A DNA stretch of 64,000 nucleotides from Halobacteriovoraceae bacterium (GCA_963719505.1 CAVRCF010000001.1:1088001-1152000); one strand, 5' to 3'. Shown: positions 19,840 to 29,220, counted from the stretch's first letter. The notes: generated by a model from the letters alone, not told the origin. Made by a program: numbers and translations.

Positions 19840-20799
19840 ATGAAAAAATTAATTCTTAGTTCTATTGTTATAGCATCATTTGTTTCTTGTGGAGGATCAG
19901 GTGGAGGTGGAAGTAAATCAAGTAAAACGGGTCTTATTCCGCTTCCCGATATTGAATGCTCAGGAAGCGCCTGCATATCTGCAAATAGCCTAACGAGTAA
20001 AGATGCTAACACTGTTGGTGCTGCTGCGATTGAATATTACACAGAAGCAAAAGATGATGTTTTGCCTTCTTTAGAAACCTTGGTAAATAAGGTTAGCGAT
20101 GTTCTTGTAGCTGCTGGAAATGAATCTTGTTCAGCTATACCAACAAGTGGTACTGATACTGCAGATGGCATCGAATTAGTGTATGGTACTCCCGTAAATG
20201 CAAATATATTCGGAGCAAATAGAAATTTAACGAAAAAACTCATCGCTAAAAAGGGAGGGGTTAAATTTTTTGAAGCAGAGTTTTCTTGTGAGGGGACTAG
20301 TTTTGCTGGATACATAATTGCAGACTTTTCAATATATGATGCAGACGAAACTATGAGTACTGCAATCTACTTTAATATGGATGGAGATACAAAGAAAGTA
20401 TCTATCTATGAGACTTATACTGAGAGTTCAAAAAACCAAAGTTATATTCTAAATTTCAGCTCTAACGGTAATGTATTTGAAGCATCTTTTGCCTGGGATG
20501 GTGATTTATCAAGTACAGCTGCAAATGCAGATTCAGAAGAGATCTATATGATTTCATATCTCAACAACAAATCTAATGTTAGTTATTATAATCCAAGTAA
20601 CAATGTAAATTTAGCTTCATCACTTGGAAGTCCAGATGAAAATTACTGTTTCGATGGCCAGGTTTTGGGTACAGGATGTCCTGCTTTTACAGTTCTGAGC
20701 CAGGGAAGTAATATTGAAGGCTTAAACTCTACGACAAGTGGTAGCGCTACTGGGGAATTCTCTATTGCGAAATTGAGAGCATTATCTATCTCTTTATAA
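19840..20799 (+). CDS. Cys-containing hypothetical lipoprotein
   Basis: AGGAGG RBS; lipobox FVSC followed by a GGSGGGGS linker. Confidence 0.8.
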   Translation: MKKLILSSIVIASFVSCGGSGGGGSKSSKTGLIPLPDIECSGSACISANSLTSKDANTVGAAAIEYYTEAKDDVLPSLETLVNKVSDVLVAAGNESCSAIPTSGTDTADGIELVYGTPVNANIFGANRNLTKKLIAKKGGVKFFEAEFSCEGTSFAGYIIADFSIYDADETMSTAIYFNMDGDTKKVSIYETYTESSKNQSYILNFSSNGNVFEASFAWDGDLSSTAANADSEEIYMISYLNNKSNVSYYNPSNNVNLASSLGSPDENYCFDGQVLGTGCPAFTVLSQGSNIEGLNSTTSGSATGEFSIAKLRALSISL

Positions 20800-20809
20800 A
20801 AATAATTGA

Positions 20810-20840
20810 CCGTCACGTTAATCGTGACGGCATTCTTTTT
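20810..20840 (+). terminator. Rho-independent terminator
   Basis: CCGTCACG-ttaat-CGTGACGG followed by a T-rich tail. Confidence 0.8.
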
Positions 20841-20882
20841 TAGTTACAAACTTAAAACTCGATAAATTTCTAATTCAAAACA

Positions 20883-20911
20883 GGGCACAATGATTATTGT
20901 GCCCGTCTTTT
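20883..20911 (+). terminator. Second terminator-like hairpin
   Basis: GGGCACAAT-gatt-ATTGTGCCC then GTCTTTT. Confidence 0.6.
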
Positions 20912-20999
20912 AAGTCGTTAATACAACCTTTCTCTTGACGCAAAGACAGAAAATTCGATAAGTTACTCAGAAAAAGTGGTTGAAATGAAATTTGTCTAA

Positions 21000-21510
21000 A
21001 TGTTTTATTATCTAAGGAGTATTCATCTCAGACTCATTAGATTAATAGAGCCAGTCTCAACGTAGCCTTCGGACACTCAATTAGGAACCCTCCTTGTCTG
21101 TGTTTACATGTGGTTCATCTAATTTTTTTATTGTTTAATTAGTGGTTTAGAGTTCGAGAGATTTGTCGCTTCAATAGCACTGTCTATCTACTTAACAAGT
21201 ATAATTCTTTCAAAAATGCGTATATTAGGTAAAGAGGTACTCTTAAACATATCTTGCTTTCTCACGAGCACAGGTATTCTAGCGTGCAACTTAGATAGCG
21301 GAATGTAAGTCAACCCAACTTATATATTTCTTGCAACTTCTTCTATATTTTGTATTCCTCAGGTTGGCATAGTTAAGGGATTGTTTGGGGCTTGTTATAG
21401 TAAGAGATTTTTGTAAAAAAGAAAATATTCACTTCGAAATTTCAGGATCCGGTAAATGTACTGTAGCTGAACTAAATTTTAAAAAAGAAAGAAATGAATG
21501 TCTTAACTAA
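21000..21510 (+). pseudogene. Decayed, internally deleted paralog of the 22971 sensor kinase
   Basis: GTLLVCVYMWFI*FFYCLISGL vs GFTLTCLYTWLIQIFYCASEGL; SGM*VNPT vs AGAYLNPT; another frame gives GLVIVRDFCKKENIHFEI vs GLEIIKDYCEKNNLLFRI. Confidence 0.8.
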
Positions 21511-21549
21511 TTGTTTCGTTATAATGGTGCTTTTTAGTCAAGGATTTAA

Positions 21550-22146
21550 TTAGGCATTTAGATGAAATTTATACCCTTTACCCCTGACATTTTTTAAGTT
21601 TTGTTTGTATAGATTTACTTTCTTTTTTAAATTTGTAAGATGGGTAGATAAATTATGATTTACGGTTATAGTTCCTTTTCCCCATAAATATTCTTCAATA
21701 GTTTCTTTTAGTAAAGTTTTGTTTTTTCTATCGTAAAAAAATTTCGCGAGCTTGAACTTAGTGCTTGTCAGGTAAATATTGGCACCTTCATACATTAGAA
21801 TGTTCTCGCTAGAAAGAAATGAAATATGATTTTTTTTTGTGTGACTGATTTCATGCATTGACTGACGAATCTTTTTCAAGCTATCTGAAGTCAAGGAAGA
21901 CCTGTCATCGACAAGAGATGCCTTTAGGAAGCACGGAGGTGATTTGATCACTTTACATAGAGCTCTCAGGTTTCTTTCCATGAAATTGTCTGGGGCACTA
22001 ATGAAAATAACAAGGTCATTATCTTTCTGAGAAAGCTCATCTATTACTTCAGAAGTAGTTCTAGCGATAGTTATATCTTTGGATAATTCAAGTTCATATC
22101 TCTTACAAGAAGTCGTAAATTTGTTGTCTATAATAAGTATATTCAT
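21550..22146 (-). CDS. Atypical OmpR-family regulator (pseudo-receiver plus winged helix)
   Basis: HLTNLKKK..NVRGKGY; receiver lacks the phospho-Asp (DLVIFISAP). Confidence 0.8.
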   Translation of the reverse strand: MNILIIDNKFTTSCKRYELELSKDITIARTTSEVIDELSQKDNDLVIFISAPDNFMERNLRALCKVIKSPPCFLKASLVDDRSSLTSDSLKKIRQSMHEISHTKKNHISFLSSENILMYEGANIYLTSTKFKLAKFFYDRKNKTLLKETIEEYLWGKGTITVNHNLSTHLTNLKKKVNLYKQNLKNVRGKGYKFHLNA

Positions 22147-22299
22147 AAAATAATTTAATCATATTCTTGAAAAAACCTAAATGCTTTGAAAGGTAAAACT
22201 GATTACCTTTGGTGTAAGTTATTGATAAAAAAAGACCTTAAGAAAAATAAAATAAAAGGTCGCGTTGATTTTGTAGGCTTCGAGTGGTTAAATTAGGGA

Positions 22300-22983
22300 A
22301 TGTTAAAGAATATTCTTATCGTAGACGATGATCAAGACTTCATTGATTTGTACACTGCTTTTCTTGGAAAAGAATTTCAGATACATGCTGTAACGAGTCT
22401 GAAAGAGTGTTTATCCTTTTTAGCAAAAAATCCTTTTAAAATAGACTTGATTCTTTGTGATATCTTTATGCCGGAATCGGATGGCTTTGAGGTTTTTGAT
22501 TATTTGCGTTCAAAAAAAGAGTATTCATTTTATCCCATTGTGTTTAAGACATCTTCTTTGAATCAGAATGTCCTTAATGAGTGCTTACTAGCAAAGAACA
22601 CTGAGCTTATAAGTACTTTGATGAGTAATCAAGAAATCGTGATCAGAATCAAAAGTGAACTTAAGAATTCTAATTTGATCAAATATCACGTGAACTCAAA
22701 CCTTGCTTTATTGATTGATAAAGTCAGAGGTGAGATCCTTTATCCGACCCCACCATTTCAATTGTCGTTTACGAAGACTGAACTTGATATTATTGAATTG
22801 CTCGCGTGCAGTACATCTGCTTTGGCAAGGGAAGATGTCATCACGAAAGTTTTTGGTGAGGGCTATCATTTAACCGAAAATAATTTTAATACAGTTCTTT
22901 CCGGAATTCGAAAAAAACTTTGTGAATTTTCGATCTCTATAAAATCTATCAGGGGAAAAGGTATCGTATTGTGCCAAGCTTGA
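22300..22983 (+). CDS. OmpR-family response regulator
   Basis: ILIVDDD, LILCDIFMP, SIRGKG. Confidence 0.88.
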   Translation: MLKNILIVDDDQDFIDLYTAFLGKEFQIHAVTSLKECLSFLAKNPFKIDLILCDIFMPESDGFEVFDYLRSKKEYSFYPIVFKTSSLNQNVLNECLLAKNTELISTLMSNQEIVIRIKSELKNSNLIKYHVNSNLALLIDKVRGEILYPTPPFQLSFTKTELDIIELLACSTSALAREDVITKVFGEGYHLTENNFNTVLSGIRKKLCEFSISIKSIRGKGIVLCQA

Positions 22984-24209
22984 ACAAAGCCTCGTCATTT
23001 CTTATTGAGAGCCATTTAAAAGTGATTAATTATTTTCTTTCTAGTTATGAAGATAGAGAGGATTTAAATATAAAAGTCGGTTTTACGCTAACATGTCTAT
23101 ATACTTGGCTTATACAAATTTTCTATTGTGCCTCAGAGGGTTTACCATTTGTTTCTTTAGTGTGTGCTGTGTCTTGTGCTGTATACTTGATTTCAATGTA
23201 CTGCCTAAAGAAAAAATACATCAGAGATTTGGCTTTCTCGCGAGCAATAATTCTTATTTCGATTCTAAACTTGAATATATGTTATCTGAGTGCGGGAGCA
23301 TACCTAAATCCGACAATCGTTTGGTTCATGGCTATCCCAGTAGTTTCTGTAACCCTCAGGGGGTTAAAAGAAGGTGCTGTTTGGAGTTTAATCTCCTCAA
23401 CCTTAACTATAATATTGATGGAACTCTACAAACTACTAAATTGGGACCTCAAAGTGTGGAGTAATGAACAGATTTTTAACGTCGGACAAAGCAATATGTT
23501 CACTGGGCCAGTTCTATTCTACTTAATGTTTGGATTCTTTTACTTTAGCAGAAATGAATTTCAAAAAAAAATTGAATCGCAAGCTCTTGATCTTAAGAAA
23601 ATCGCTTTTGAAAAAGAGAAACTACTTAATGTTATTTTTCATGACCTTGGGAGAAATACATCTCTGCTATCTGGTTACATTGAAGTCTTTGGAGATAGAG
23701 ACCTTGATGTCGAACAAAGGGCTAAAATATACAGATATACGGAAGAGATAAAGAGTGTTTTGCTAAATGCTAAGAATTTGGATTCCCATTCTCTAGGGGA
23801 GAGTGAAGAGAGAATAAATATATTTCAGCTATTTCAAGATGTACAACATATGTTCAGAGAAAAACTAGCTAAAAAGAATCTAGAACTTCATTTTAAAGGG
23901 GATAAAAGCGTAGAAGTATTTATCAATAAGACTCATCTACAGACTCATATTCTTGGGAATTTAGTTTCAAATGCAATTAAGTTTTCTCATGAGGGAGAAG
24001 ATATTATATTTCGCGTTGAGGACAAAAAGATTGAGGTTTTAAATCATGGAGTCCGATTCACCAATGAGCAAAAAGATGGAACTTTTGGAGAAAAGGGAAG
24101 TGGAGTTGGGCTTGAGATTATAAAAGATTACTGTGAAAAAAATAATTTACTCTTTAGGATAAAAGCACTTACTGATGTAAAGACTTTAGCCACGATAGTA
24201 TTTCGTTAA
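22971..24209 (+). CDS. Multi-TM sensor histidine kinase
   Basis: TMs, FHDLG, NLVSNAIKF, GEKGSGVGL. Confidence 0.88.
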   Translation: MPSLNKASSFLIESHLKVINYFLSSYEDREDLNIKVGFTLTCLYTWLIQIFYCASEGLPFVSLVCAVSCAVYLISMYCLKKKYIRDLAFSRAIILISILNLNICYLSAGAYLNPTIVWFMAIPVVSVTLRGLKEGAVWSLISSTLTIILMELYKLLNWDLKVWSNEQIFNVGQSNMFTGPVLFYLMFGFFYFSRNEFQKKIESQALDLKKIAFEKEKLLNVIFHDLGRNTSLLSGYIEVFGDRDLDVEQRAKIYRYTEEIKSVLLNAKNLDSHSLGESEERINIFQLFQDVQHMFREKLAKKNLELHFKGDKSVEVFINKTHLQTHILGNLVSNAIKFSHEGEDIIFRVEDKKIEVLNHGVRFTNEQKDGTFGEKGSGVGLEIIKDYCEKNNLLFRIKALTDVKTLATIVFR

Positions 24210-24363
24210 TAAATGTAAGGTTCTATTTTTTGACTTGCTGCGCAAGTGTAAGTATCCCATGTCATACAATGAAGTCAGTTCTCTCTTATATTCAAAATAA
24301 ACTACATTTTACATTCTGTAGAAGTGATCTATAATTTTATTTAAAAAAAATAAGGATTTTATT

Positions 24364-24630
24364 ATGATCGGTGCAAAACACATACTTGTAGATAAAAACT
24401 TCGAAGCAGAAGATATTCTAAAAAAACTTGCTGACGGTGCTGAGTTTGAACAACTTGCAAAAGATTTTTCAAATTGCGGTTCTGCCTCTCAAGGCGGAGA
24501 CCTTGGAGAGTTTTCCAAAGGGATGATGGTTAAGCCTTTTGAAGATGCGGTTTTAGAATTAAATGTTGGAGAAACCTCTGGGATCGTTAAAACTCAATTT
24601 GGTCACCATATTATTCTGAGAACAAAATAA
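24364..24630 (+). CDS. ppiC: Parvulin peptidyl-prolyl isomerase (PpiC-like)
   Basis: AKHILV, FEQLAKDFS, GGDLG, KTQFGHHII. Confidence 0.92.
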   Translation: MIGAKHILVDKNFEAEDILKKLADGAEFEQLAKDFSNCGSASQGGDLGEFSKGMMVKPFEDAVLELNVGETSGIVKTQFGHHIILRTK

Positions 24631-24660
24631 AAAAAGCCCGACTTTCATCGGGCCTTTTCT
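24631..24660. terminator. Bidirectional terminator
   Basis: A-run, GCCCGA-ctttca-TCGGGC, T-run, between convergent genes. Confidence 0.8.
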
Positions 24661-24682
24661 TATTTAACACATTTAAAAATTC

Positions 24683-25846
24683 TTAAATACAGTATCCTTC
24701 ACTTATTGCTAGTGCTAGAAGACAAGCTGCGTTTGTTTTTTGAGATCCTGCTGTACACCCGTAAAGGTGAAGGTCAGTAACTCTTGTGCTTGAGCAGATA
24801 GAACCATCTTGCATTGGGTATGGTTTACCATCAACTTCTACTTGATAGTTACAAGTATTAGATTTTTCAATCTTACAGTTATTGTATCCACCTCTTTTTC
24901 CAAGCTTAAATAAAGATCTTGGGCTTGTTGAAGAAAGGAAGCTGTCAATGTTTGCTATTTGAGTTGGTGAAAGATTATTAATCAATCCCGGGATCTCATC
25001 ATAGTTGTCAGTTGGTTTTAAACTTGGATCCACTCGTTCCATACAGATGTATTTTTGAGCTGTGTGATCTTCGTTTAACTGATCTCTTTTTGCTGCACAT
25101 TGATCGAAAGCTAGATTACACTCCATAGCATAAAATGTTTTTACGACCTTTGTTTTGTCAGTCTCGTCCGAAGAATCGAGATCGACAAGCTCGTAATTAC
25201 ATTTGTCCACTGGTGAGTATCTGTATCTATAACCATTATGAACAATATATGGATAGTTATCGATACAGCTATAACCTGAGTTATAAGTATAGCTTACTGG
25301 TTCCATAACCCAGCTTGACTGGTATATCATTCTACTGTTTACACTTGTGTGGTAGTCAACTGGTGAGTGATATCGACCAGAAGCATAGGTACAGTCATTG
25401 AAGTTGTTATATCTTCTATGAGCAAAAACTCTGTATCTATTACCGTGATAAACTCTAATCGCACCAATGTTTCCAGATCTCACTCTACTGTACTGCTCAT
25501 GTCTTTGAGAAAGGATAGGAGCTGTATTTCTTCCTCTCATTCTGTTTCTTCCACGTGCAACGTATGTTGATGTGTAAGATCCACTTGAGTATGATCCACC
25601 TGAATATGAAGATCCACTGCTTGAAGAGCCACCTGAATATGAAGATCCACTGCTTGATGATCCAGAGCTACTACCGTAGCTTGAAGCGCCACGACTTACA
25701 GTTGAACTACTTGATCCACCAGAGCTTGAAGAGCCACCAGTTCTTGAGGATGTTCTTCCTCTTGAAGGCCTGTTTCTTTGTGCCATAACTTCTGTTGCTA
25801 CAAAAAAGCAAAGCACAGATAAAATAAGATATTTATTAAATTTCAT
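24683..25846 (-). CDS. Secreted protein with Ser/Gly low-complexity and Arg-rich N-terminus and Cys/Tyr-rich C-terminus
   Basis: Signal peptide ..VMA; SSSGSSYSGG repeats; about 12 Cys in the mature part. Confidence 0.8.
   Translation of the reverse strand: MKFNKYLILSVLCFFVATEVMAQRNRPSRGRTSSRTGGSSSSGGSSSSTVSRGASSYGSSSGSSSSGSSYSGGSSSSGSSYSGGSYSSGSYTSTYVARGRNRMRGRNTAPILSQRHEQYSRVRSGNIGAIRVYHGNRYRVFAHRRYNNFNDCTYASGRYHSPVDYHTSVNSRMIYQSSWVMEPVSYTYNSGYSCIDNYPYIVHNGYRYRYSPVDKCNYELVDLDSSDETDKTKVVKTFYAMECNLAFDQCAAKRDQLNEDHTAQKYICMERVDPSLKPTDNYDEIPGLINNLSPTQIANIDSFLSSTSPRSLFKLGKRGGYNNCKIEKSNTCNYQVEVDGKPYPMQDGSICSSTRVTDLHLYGCTAGSQKTNAACLLALAISEGYCI
25596..25657 (-). repeat. 33-bp tandem coding repeat (SSSSGSSYSGG)
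   Basis: CCACCTGAATATGAAGATCCACTGCTTGA at about 25596 and 25629. Confidence 0.8.
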
Positions 25847-25900
25847 TTTTGATCCTATTTATTTTTAGTTTAAAGTTAAGTTCGTACGTTTTCTATTTTC

Positions 25901-26833
25901 TTAGTTACAGTCAGAAAGTCCTGCTACCGCAAATACTGCACCGATACCACCAACGATTCCTGCTGCAATTCCTTGTTTAGAAGCTGCTGCACGTCTTTCA
26001 TCTACTCTGTTAAGTTCTGATGCTTCTTCTACTTCAAGGTTTGCAAGGTCAGCTGAGTATTGATTTTCAAAATATACTAAATCAACGTTTACTTCACCGA
26101 TTAGCGCGCGTGCGTCAGAGATAAAAAATTCGTTGTCTCTTTGAAGAAGTCTCATTTGCTCTACTTCAGCTTGAGAGTAATTACCAGAGTCAATTCTTCT
26201 TTGAAGCTCAGTGATTTCGTCTTCGTAGTAGATAATATCTGATTCATAAGTCGTTATTTCTAATTCAAGGTCAGCAACAGTGTTTAAGTAGTCTTGTTGC
26301 TTTCTTCTTTTTTGCTCAATGTATTCTTGAGTAACAAGTTCTTTAGATGCAGAAGCATTAACCATTGCGATAATACCTAAAACAACTCCTACTGCGATAA
26401 GTGGAAGACCAATCGTTTTTCCAGCAGAACAACTCATAAAGTTAGAACCTGTTGAGTGAGTTTTTTCAAAAGCATTTTGAAGAACAAAAGAAAGATCATC
26501 TTTTCCAAGGTCTTCTAGAGAGTCAACGTCCTCTAAAGTTGTATCAAGCATTTCATTGAAGCTATTGTAAGCTTCTTGTGAACTGTTTTTTGCCACGTAT
26601 AATTGAAGCTCACCAGAAGTTACTTTTGAGTCGATAAGTTTATCAACTAAAACTTCAGTAGCGATTTTCATATCTTTTCCACCGATGAAAACATTCTTTT
26701 TAAATTCTGAAAAGATTGCTTCAACGTTTTGCTTTTTAGAAACAACAGGTGTTGTTGTCATCGCATACGTTGGTGTGATTGTTGTTGTAAATAAAAGTAC
26801 CCCTAGCATTGATGTCGAAATAAGTTTTTTCAT
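25901..26833 (-). CDS. Secreted protein with two Gly/Ala-rich hydrophobic helices flanking an acidic coiled coil
   Basis: Signal peptide; LPLIAVGVVLGIIAMV and GIAAGIVGGIGAVFAVAGL; AGGAG RBS. Confidence 0.8.
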   Translation of the reverse strand: MKKLISTSMLGVLLFTTTITPTYAMTTTPVVSKKQNVEAIFSEFKKNVFIGGKDMKIATEVLVDKLIDSKVTSGELQLYVAKNSSQEAYNSFNEMLDTTLEDVDSLEDLGKDDLSFVLQNAFEKTHSTGSNFMSCSAGKTIGLPLIAVGVVLGIIAMVNASASKELVTQEYIEQKRRKQQDYLNTVADLELEITTYESDIIYYEDEITELQRRIDSGNYSQAEVEQMRLLQRDNEFFISDARALIGEVNVDLVYFENQYSADLANLEVEEASELNRVDERRAAASKQGIAAGIVGGIGAVFAVAGLSDCN

Positions 26834-26887
26834 GTGTTCTCCTAAAACTTTGGTTAAGTGTGAAACAATAAGTGTTTCCTAGCTAGG

Positions 26888-26904
26888 AGCAATATCGATG
26901 CCAA
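26888..26904 (-). promoter_or_regulatory. sigma54 (-24/-12) promoter
   Basis: TTGGCATCGATATTGCT: GG-N10-GC, near consensus, about 55 bp upstream of the ATG at 26833. Confidence 0.75.
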
Positions 26905-27002
26905 TGTTTGAGTGGTTTTGTCGGGCTTTGGGGCGCGCATTATGGAACCGGTGACAATGCGTCTCGCGTTAAGGGTGCCACTGCGGCCCGCGTTAGAGCT
27001 TT

Positions 27003-28184
27003 TTAAAAGCCAAAGCTTTGAAGAAGAGTGTTGAATTGAAATTGTGCGAAGGTAGAGTTATCTATTTTGATAAGGGCTTTTTTCAAAGAGGGGATAAGGT
27101 CTCTCTTTAATTCTTTGCCTTCTCTTTCACTTAAAATTTTCACAGCTTCATAAACAAGAGTAGATGCTTTTTCTTCACCATACTGAGTTTTCAAAGCGTA
27201 GAGAAATTTGAAAGAGAAATCGAGCTGTGCATATTTAGAGTCTTCCATGGAGTAGGCATACATCTTTCCTTTTTTAGCATCAATTTCAACTAGACCTTTA
27301 GAATATCCTCGAGTTCTGTGAAGGATTGAGTCTGTCTTTCCTATCATTGCCGCATAAAAATTGGCCACACCTTCAACCACTGGTGCATGCTTGTCAATAC
27401 TGAGATGCTCGCTTAGAGCATAGTGAGAGTATTCGTGATAGATGACTTCTGGAATCATTGCGGCATCTAAGTAAAGAGTATTCTTGAAAGGTTTTGTGGC
27501 CCACTTTAAAACGTGTGGAACAACAGCTGTTACACCTATAGACATGGCAAGACTTTGAGCATAGAAACCAGCTCCAAACCCAGTCCCTCTTACGAGGTCA
27601 ATTCCTATCGTTGTCGCTTGTGATTGTCCAACCCCCAAAAGAAGAGAAGACATAAAAGGTCCAGACGTTATAATTTCTGCGGCTCTGTAAGTTGAGTTAT
27701 CAACTTTGACTGGTTTTTTAGGAGCAAACCAAATCTCATAAAACCACGGCCTATCCACAATACGAGACTGTCCGCTTGGTGGGATAGTTACTGCATTATT
27801 ATAAAAGAGACCATTATTTTCATGCATCATATGAACGGACTCTTCAAAGCCCAGGTCCATTTCAATACGAAGGTTTATTGTTCTGGCCCTTTCGAATCTT
27901 TTTAACGCAAAGTTTGAAATAAAGAAATCCTTCGCAATAGTAGAGTGGTAATAAACCGTACAAGCTCTTAGGGCATCGGTAGAATCAAAAGCCACTGGGC
28001 CTTCAGAGTTTTTCTTTATTATTTTTAGGTACTCACCATGGAAGTGAGTTGTCGAAACCAGGTCTTTTATTTGAACCTTTTTGATCACAAGCTTTTTCTT
28101 ATGGCCTCTCACAAGAGCATTACATTCACTCTCGAGAGCAAAAAGACTACTAGAAAGTAAATATATGAAGATCAGAAGTTTCAT
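27003..28184 (-). CDS. Secreted gluzincin-type metallopeptidase-like protein
   Basis: Start MKLLIF after GGGAG; NNA motif, YHEYSH...VEGVAN. Confidence 0.72.
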   Translation of the reverse strand: MKLLIFIYLLSSSLFALESECNALVRGHKKKLVIKKVQIKDLVSTTHFHGEYLKIIKKNSEGPVAFDSTDALRACTVYYHSTIAKDFFISNFALKRFERARTINLRIEMDLGFEESVHMMHENNGLFYNNAVTIPPSGQSRIVDRPWFYEIWFAPKKPVKVDNSTYRAAEIITSGPFMSSLLLGVGQSQATTIGIDLVRGTGFGAGFYAQSLAMSIGVTAVVPHVLKWATKPFKNTLYLDAAMIPEVIYHEYSHYALSEHLSIDKHAPVVEGVANFYAAMIGKTDSILHRTRGYSKGLVEIDAKKGKMYAYSMEDSKYAQLDFSFKFLYALKTQYGEEKASTLVYEAVKILSEREGKELKRDLIPSLKKALIKIDNSTFAQFQFNTLLQSFGF

Positions 28185-29220
28185 TCTGTTGCTCCCTTGA
28201 GTTAACGTAGCTTTCAACCAAAACAATAGGTACGATTGAGAAAAGGTTCACGCCTGGAATGGCCATGATGATTCCCTTTCCAAGCTCCCATGTTATTTTT
28301 CCGGCAATTGCCCATGGTGATTTTTTTGGCTCATAAAGAAATGGTAATTCTACCATCGTTGTTAGATCTTTATCACTCACGAGTCCAAGCTCATTGCTGG
28401 CCACAAGTAAGTCGTGGAAGTCTGGCTGCTTACCTGAAAAAATTTCTCCACCTTGGGACATTTTAGCAAGTTCTAGTTTTAGCAGTTTTACGCTCATTCT
28501 GTATTTCTCTGCTTCATCGAGAACATAATTCTCGTCACTTTGTCCGTCTCCATCGTAATCGAAATAAAGTCCGGCAGAGACGGCTAAAATACGATTTTCA
28601 AAAGTTTGAAGAATTTTTCCCATATGCTTAATCTGGGAGTAGTTATATCGAAGTAAAGTGTATTGTCTGGGAGTTAGCTTTTTGACCTTTCCAAGCTTTT
28701 TTAAGTACTTCTTTTGGGAAAGCGGTGATTCATTTTGAATTGTATCGCGTCTACTGAGATAACTCTTTCTAAGCAATCGAATTTTAGAAGCGTAGCTTGA
28801 CAATGTTCCAGTATAAATCGATTTACTTGAGAATTTACTCATGATGATAATTGTGGCCGTACCATCAAAAAAACCTTGAATATACCCGTAGATAATAGCG
28901 GGTTTAATAGAACTTCTTAAGCAGTCTAATTCATCCTCTTGATACAGAAGACATTGATCCTTTCTTTCTTTAAAAAAGTCTATCCTCATTAGAGAGCGCA
29001 TGATGTCTTTTGTGATTGAGTTTTTCGTCAGTTCACTAAAAGCCTGATCGACTTCAGCTTTAATATGGGGATTCTTTCGAAAAAGTCTATTTGCCCGTCT
29101 AATATCGCCAGAACTAATATGTTTTGTGTATTGGTCTCGACATGAGTTGTGCACAGTAGGCTTACAAGTGTCTGCTAGAAGATTTCCAGAAAATATAAGT
29201 AGTAGGGTAAGAATTTTCAT
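28150..29220 (-). CDS. Secreted hypothetical protein with a DxDGDG motif and hydrophobic C-terminus
   Basis: Signal peptide; DYDGDGQSD; IIMAIPGVNLFSIVPIVLV. Confidence 0.75.
   Translation of the reverse strand: MKILTLLLIFSGNLLADTCKPTVHNSCRDQYTKHISSGDIRRANRLFRKNPHIKAEVDQAFSELTKNSITKDIMRSLMRIDFFKERKDQCLLYQEDELDCLRSSIKPAIIYGYIQGFFDGTATIIIMSKFSSKSIYTGTLSSYASKIRLLRKSYLSRRDTIQNESPLSQKKYLKKLGKVKKLTPRQYTLLRYNYSQIKHMGKILQTFENRILAVSAGLYFDYDGDGQSDENYVLDEAEKYRMSVKLLKLELAKMSQGGEIFSGKQPDFHDLLVASNELGLVSDKDLTTMVELPFLYEPKKSPWAIAGKITWELGKGIIMAIPGVNLFSIVPIVLVESYVNSREQQNETSDLHIFTF

Noticed and set aside
17826-24360. Prophage or integrative element at the tRNA
   Set aside because: No integrase, no phage genes and no duplicated tRNA 3' end found
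25585-25750. Repeats resembling a CRISPR array
   Set aside because: In-frame Ser/Gly coding repeats with no unique spacers and no cas genes
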